The notes below the pieces were generated by a model. That model searched no databases and had not been told where the DNA came from. It saw only the letters and a program-made list of their open reading frames with translations. A stretch of DNA of 64,000 nucleotides from Cenarchaeum sp. GTDB taxonomy: Archaea > Thermoproteota > Nitrososphaeria > Nitrososphaerales > Nitrosopumilaceae. Positions 59,688 to 64,000 of the stretch are shown here, one piece after another. The stretch covers positions 1,824,001-1,888,000 of the forward strand of contig CBDESU010000001.1 in assembly GCA_965242695.1 (NCBI GenBank). The letters are read 5' to 3'. Within the stretch, counting starts at the first letter, position 1; the number at the start of each line of letters is the position of its first letter. The translations under genes and the position numbers were made by a program.

Positions 59688-62600
59688 TTAGGTGCCGCCG
59701 CCCGCACCCTGTTTTGACGCGCGCATGCGCCTCTCTGTGAGGCGGCCGAGTTCGGCCCTGACAGCTCCCATCTGCCGCGCCATGCCTAGCGCCGCAAAGA
59801 CGGCTCTGTCGAGCCTTTTTCGATCCAACGTATCGCAGTATTCCGACCACGCGCCCTCCATCTTTTGCATCGCCTTCTGTGGAAGCTTGTCAAAGTCGGG
59901 CACCCGAGTCTTTGCCAGCACGTGGTTGTCTATGCGCAGGGCACCCCCGCCGAGGGGCGCAGCATTTTTTTCCATGTCTAGGGCAAAGAGTGAGGATGTA
60001 AAGTAGGCAAGGAATCCGTTCGTATGCGTTTTGACATCAGGAGTAAAATGGAGGTAAGTGTCAAGGGCTAGGTACGATCCACGCCCTTGTCCGCCCGCTC
60101 CATTCTCATACACCCTGATCGTTCGGTCGTTGATTCTGCTTATGAAGATCGGGGGCGGGGGAGGGGCCGGCAGAGAGTACCACGGATTTCTGTTTGCAAT
60201 AGTCGGCAGTTTGGGCAACAGGACACGGGTAGAACGTCCCCTCTTTTTTGGCAGAACTGTCATCCCTTCTCCGCGCTCAATATACTTTTTTACAAGGCGT
60301 CCGTGCGTAGTTTTTGCTAGCACACCTTTGCTATCCTGGACGACAAGGATGTATCGTACGGCATGCCTCACCTCAAGGCGTGGCAGCTCGCCGCCCGTCA
60401 CTACCGGTCGCAAATAGTCCGAATGTATCTTGTGATCTCTAGCGGCGTCTCGCGTCATGACAAAAAAGTCGTTACAGCCAGTCCCTATTCCACGCTTCAA
60501 GTGCCCTGTTGCATCAAGGCGTGTTGTGGGAAAAGGGGGGGGGGCGGTGGTCGGCCCATCAAAATATAGAGACCAGTCCTTCCCTACAAGGTTTGTCCCG
60601 GAGACGCGGGCGGCAATATCCAAGGATGGCGCCGCAAAATCCAAGTCGGATCCAACGTTGGCAAACAGGATGTCCCTATTTTCATCAGGAGATGTTCTCA
60701 TGAGTAATACTATTACGGTGGTTATGAGGGCATCGGAGAACACCTTGAATCTCGGAGATACCAATTCTTCTATTTGAGAATTGGAAAGAAGCATCTGCCT
60801 CAATGGTTCGCCGTATTTGGCGCGGAGCCAATTGTCGCTGGAGATAAACCCGAGCAGCCCTCCCTTGCACAAACGTCCCAGCGAGTGGTAGTAGAAATAT
60901 GTGCTCAGGTCGGCTGTTTTTGGAATGGCAAAGTCGCCCGGAAGTGTAAGCGGCATCATGTCCGGCAGTGTGGCCATCGCACGTTTAGTCGGGCCAGTTA
61001 GCAACTCCTGGCGCACGAACGGCGGATTGCCAATGATGACTGAAAACCCCGGGTTTTCACCTGCGAATACTGTAGGAAATGTCCGCTCCCAGTCTAGCCC
61101 ACCTTGATCAGTGTCCACCACAACGCTGTTGCCAACCACAATGTTGTTTGACAAGTCAGGAAGTTTTTCGCCATCGGCCGCTGTCAAGAGAAACAGGGAG
61201 AGGCGCGCAATGTCGACTGACTGAGGGTTTATGTCTATTCCGTATATACAGTTGCGAACAATCTCAGAAATACGCCCTGCATCTATAGACTGATCGAGGC
61301 CGTTGTCTTTTTCGTCGCCATTGTATTTATGGCGTACAATTTCTTCGTGGATCTTGATCAGTGTCCTAGCCGCACGTATCAGAAATGCACCCGACCCGCA
61401 TGCAGGATCAAGTATTCTTATGCGGTTCATGCGGTCATGAAGTCCATCAAGGTCACCGTTATACTCTTTTACAAGTCCAGCAGGATCCAGTGCATTCCCG
61501 CTCGGTGAAAGATATCTTATGATCGTGCGACTGCAAATGTACTCGGTCACATACTCTGGTGTGTAGAATATGCCCTCCCGCTTACGCGTCACGGCACTTC
61601 CATCTAGCAAAATATCCAGATCTGTTACTGAATTTTCGAATATATGGCCCAGTATATCGACACGTATTTGACTTTGAAAGTCGTACGAGGATATCTTTAG
61701 GAGATTGCCAATCACAGGGTTCAGGTTATTCACGCTACGCACCGCCTCTGCGATACGTGGTTTATACTCCCAAGAGTCGGCACCGTGACGGCTAGGATCT
61801 GGGCCCAGTTCGTCAAAAAATTCTTTTTTTCTTTTGTCGGGGAAGAATGCGAGCTTTTGTAATGACTTATCAAAGAGGCCACCGTTGAACGCAGTTATGT
61901 AAGGATCTGCTTGCCCAGTCTCGAATGCGGTGAACAGCTCTTCGACAATGTAGTTCCACACGCGTCGCGTGTTGGTCTTGACGTTGCCTTTTAGTATGCC
62001 CACAACGTCGTCGTCAAACATTCCGTCTTTCACCAAATTTGCATCTTCTGCGAAGAATACAAACATAAGGCGGTTAAGAAAAGTCTGCGCTGTAGAAACT
62101 GCATCGTTGTTTACAAGTCCCTTGTCCTTGAATTCATGTATAAGCATTAAGCGCGTCCTACTGTACAACTTGTAAAACTCGTCGGTGAGGCCCCGATCAG
62201 CGTCGGCGGACCTAGACTGTGCGACATATGGAAAGCCAGCTGCTAGTGATTGTATAGAGAATATCCCCAAAAATTCACGCAGTGCCTCAGAATTGTGCCG
62301 GATGGATTGGAAGTCAAAAATGTGATATTTTGTTAGTGCAAATTTTTTGGTAATCAGTACAAAATCCCTGTAGTTGGTGCATATGCCATATTCGGCGTTT
62401 GTACTCCCCATGTAATTCCATGTCTGCTTGACGGGAGTCTCATGTTCTTTTTTTTCTTTGTGCTGCGGCGTAAAGAGGTTTTTTGTAGACGTGCCTTTTA
62501 CCTCGATGCAGGCCACCGTCTTGCCCTTTTCAGCATAGGTAAAATCAACAAAATTCTCTTCGTGCTTTATCTGATCCTCATTATAACCAAGCAAGTCTAC

Positions 62601-62765
62601 GAGTATGATCTTAAAAAAGTTTATGTAGTTTTTCTTTTCGTTTTCTAATAGACCCTCGTCAAGCATTTTTAGCCATTTTTCGGCAGCGGAACGCTGCCGA
62701 GAGTTGACCACTGTGTTAGCACACATTTCCTTGACGGTGTGCGGATCCAACAGTCTCTCAATCAC
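59688..62765 (-). CDS. Type IIG (Eco57I-like) restriction-modification enzyme, copy 2, intact
   Basis: VDF...CIEVKG nuclease, ILDPACGSGAFL, IIGNPPF, specificity domain GIGTGCNDFFV...GGGALR; colinear paralog of copy 1; clearly AT-richer. Confidence 0.92.
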   Translation of the reverse strand: MIERLLDPHTVKEMCANTVVNSRQRSAAEKWLKMLDEGLLENEKKNYINFFKIILVDLLGYNEDQIKHEENFVDFTYAEKGKTVACIEVKGTSTKNLFTPQHKEKKEHETPVKQTWNYMGSTNAEYGICTNYRDFVLITKKFALTKYHIFDFQSIRHNSEALREFLGIFSIQSLAAGFPYVAQSRSADADRGLTDEFYKLYSRTRLMLIHEFKDKGLVNNDAVSTAQTFLNRLMFVFFAEDANLVKDGMFDDDVVGILKGNVKTNTRRVWNYIVEELFTAFETGQADPYITAFNGGLFDKSLQKLAFFPDKRKKEFFDELGPDPSRHGADSWEYKPRIAEAVRSVNNLNPVIGNLLKISSYDFQSQIRVDILGHIFENSVTDLDILLDGSAVTRKREGIFYTPEYVTEYICSRTIIRYLSPSGNALDPAGLVKEYNGDLDGLHDRMNRIRILDPACGSGAFLIRAARTLIKIHEEIVRHKYNGDEKDNGLDQSIDAGRISEIVRNCIYGIDINPQSVDIARLSLFLLTAADGEKLPDLSNNIVVGNSVVVDTDQGGLDWERTFPTVFAGENPGFSVIIGNPPFVRQELLTGPTKRAMATLPDMMPLTLPGDFAIPKTADLSTYFYYHSLGRLCKGGLLGFISSDNWLRAKYGEPLRQMLLSNSQIEELVSPRFKVFSDALITTVIVLLMRTSPDENRDILFANVGSDLDFAAPSLDIAARVSGTNLVGKDWSLYFDGPTTAPPPFPTTRLDATGHLKRGIGTGCNDFFVMTRDAARDHKIHSDYLRPVVTGGELPRLEVRHAVRYILVVQDSKGVLAKTTHGRLVKKYIERGEGMTVLPKKRGRSTRVLLPKLPTIANRNPWYSLPAPPPPPIFISRINDRTIRVYENGAGGQGRGSYLALDTYLHFTPDVKTHTNGFLAYFTSSLFALDMEKNAAPLGGGALRIDNHVLAKTRVPDFDKLPQKAMQKMEGAWSEYCDTLDRKRLDRAVFAALGMARQMGAVRAELGRLTERRMRASKQGAGGGT
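60535..60544. repeat. G10 (C10 on coding strand) homopolymer in RM copy 2, in frame
   Basis: aaaa-G10-cggtgg encodes APPPF at the same domain junction as the copy 1 tract. Confidence 0.9.
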
Positions 62766-62770
62766 TTTAG

Positions 62771-62778
62771 TCACCTCC
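62771..62778 (-). promoter_or_regulatory. Shine-Dalgarno GGAGGTGA for RM copy 2
   Basis: Minus strand reads aaGGAGGTGActaaaGTG; 5-nt spacer to GTG 62765. Confidence 0.75.
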
Positions 62779-62937
62779 TTTCATGAATAGATCGCCTTCC
62801 AAATGCCCACGATCCCGTACCGCGTGTGCCGTGCGCTACTAACCCGCGCCCAACGGGATCCTGGGCCGCGCCTGCCTGAAACGACGTGCTGTGCACGCTG
62901 TCTAGGCATGTCACTGGCGCCGCTACCAACATTGGCA

Positions 62938-63999
62938 TCATCGCTCCCCACCAACGATGAAAAAGTCCGTCGTCGTCAGGTCGTGGTAGTGCAGCTCGAC
63001 GACGTATATCCCGGGCGGCAGCGCTACCGCGGCGGCCTCGCTAAAGTGTCCCGACGCAGAGTCGCGCAGCGCGATCTCGTGGACGCGCGCGCCCGACTGG
63101 CCGTACACGTCGACGAACAGGTCCTCGCTCACGTCGAGCGTCTTTAGGACGGCTCCGGACACGACGAGCTGCCCCATCGAGTACTGCGCGTCGATTACGG
63201 CGGCGCGCGAGCGCTCGGGCAGGTACCGGTCTATGGCGGCGCGCAGCTCGCCGAGCTTGCCGGCGGCCCGCCCCGCCCCGCCCGACTCGAGCGCGGCCCG
63301 TATGTCCGACATTATCGGGTCTACGCGGGACATCGAGGCGGCGCTGCCGAACCGGTCGGCGAACGCCTCTAGCTCGGCAAACTCGCGCGCCACGTCGGAC
63401 GCGTCGGCGTCCGCCGCCGAGTACTCGAAGGACGGCTCGTCGGCCACGTACAGCAGGCGCGATGCGCTCGATCCCGACCACTCGAGCATCACGACGTACA
63501 GGCCCGGCTCGGCCGGCGCGTGCCACTGCGTGTAGAACGCCCCCTCGCGCGTGTCCGTGAACCGCAGGCCGCTGTGGACCGTAGAGTCGCCCCTGTACAC
63601 CGTGACGGTGATCTTTTCGCGCAGCGGCGAGGACTTGTCGAGGTGCCCCGACAGCACCCAGGTGTCGTGCCCCCCGTCGTAGTCTATGTCGTATATGATG
63701 CGCGGGTCGGTCGTGGCCAGGCGAGCCTCTAGGAACGCGCCGAGCTCGGCGAGCTTTTCCTCGGCGTCGACAAAGTTGCCATAGTCGGCCGCTTCGTACG
63801 CCTCGTCGCGCAGGCGCTCGTACTCGGCCGCATGCGGCGCAAAGTCGGCGCTGTAAAAGTTTGATGCGGCCGAGGCGAGCGCCTCGAGCCGCTTGCGCAC
63901 GTCGGCCTTCTTGAGCGACTCGATGCTGTGCCCCTCGCCGCCCGTGCCGCCTGCATCGGGGTCGGCCGCGTACGCCCCCGATACGGTCTGCCACTCGTC
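62938..63999 (-). CDS. Large thaumarchaeal hypothetical protein, 5' end outside the window
   Basis: Open frame to the window edge; two repeats of a helical bundle plus beta domain (PGLYVVMLEW / PGIYVVELHY). Confidence 0.75.
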   Translation of the reverse strand, partial: DEWQTVSGAYAADPDAGGTGGEGHSIESLKKADVRKRLEALASAASNFYSADFAPHAAEYERLRDEAYEAADYGNFVDAEEKLAELGAFLEARLATTDPRIIYDIDYDGGHDTWVLSGHLDKSSPLREKITVTVYRGDSTVHSGLRFTDTREGAFYTQWHAPAEPGLYVVMLEWSGSSASRLLYVADEPSFEYSAADADASDVAREFAELEAFADRFGSAASMSRVDPIMSDIRAALESGGAGRAAGKLGELRAAIDRYLPERSRAAVIDAQYSMGQLVVSGAVLKTLDVSEDLFVDVYGQSGARVHEIALRDSASGHFSEAAAVALPPGIYVVELHYHDLTTTDFFIVGGER

Positions 64000-64000
64000 G

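Noticed and set aside
1-64000. Hundreds of Arg/Pro/Ala/Gly-rich ORFs in the six-frame track; tRNA, rRNA and IS elements
   Set aside because: The ORFs overlap better-supported genes and reflect stop-codon scarcity at high GC. No tRNA, rRNA or transposase signature was recognised by eye; a covariance-model scan would be needed to exclude small RNAs.

Overview
GC-rich archaeal chromosome segment, most likely from a Cenarchaeum-like thaumarchaeote (Nitrosopumilaceae). The assignment rests on a Ser-type thaumarchaeosortase, three thaumarchaeal roadblock/DUF6659-like genes, NreA, CofE, Alba, deoxyhypusine synthase, geranylgeranyl reductase and archaeal ProRS. Many genes have a TATA-like box about 25-30 nt upstream of the start. 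Expanded TPR genes and a large surface protein suggest a host-associated (e.g. sponge) lifestyle, which is inference. Housekeeping genes (proS, smc, ino1, serB, cofE, dinB, dys) are intact. Main highlights: (1) two AT-richer Type IIG restriction-modification paralogs, each with a poly-C tract at the MTase/specificity-domain junction, one in frame (C10) and one frameshifted (C12), a candidate phase-variable RM switch; (2) a solitary N-terminal (Cas5-like) half of type I-G Csb2 with no other cas gene or CRISPR array in the window; (3) three tandem, diversified antitoxin-like genes in front of one PIN toxin; (4) a frameshifted HEPN-TPR fusion and a TPR-antitoxin/RelE module; (5) small conserved proteins (Alba, a Cys4 domain) inflated with tandem repeats. 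I recognised no rRNA, tRNA, CRISPR array or transposase. All family calls come from motif recognition by eye, not from database searches.
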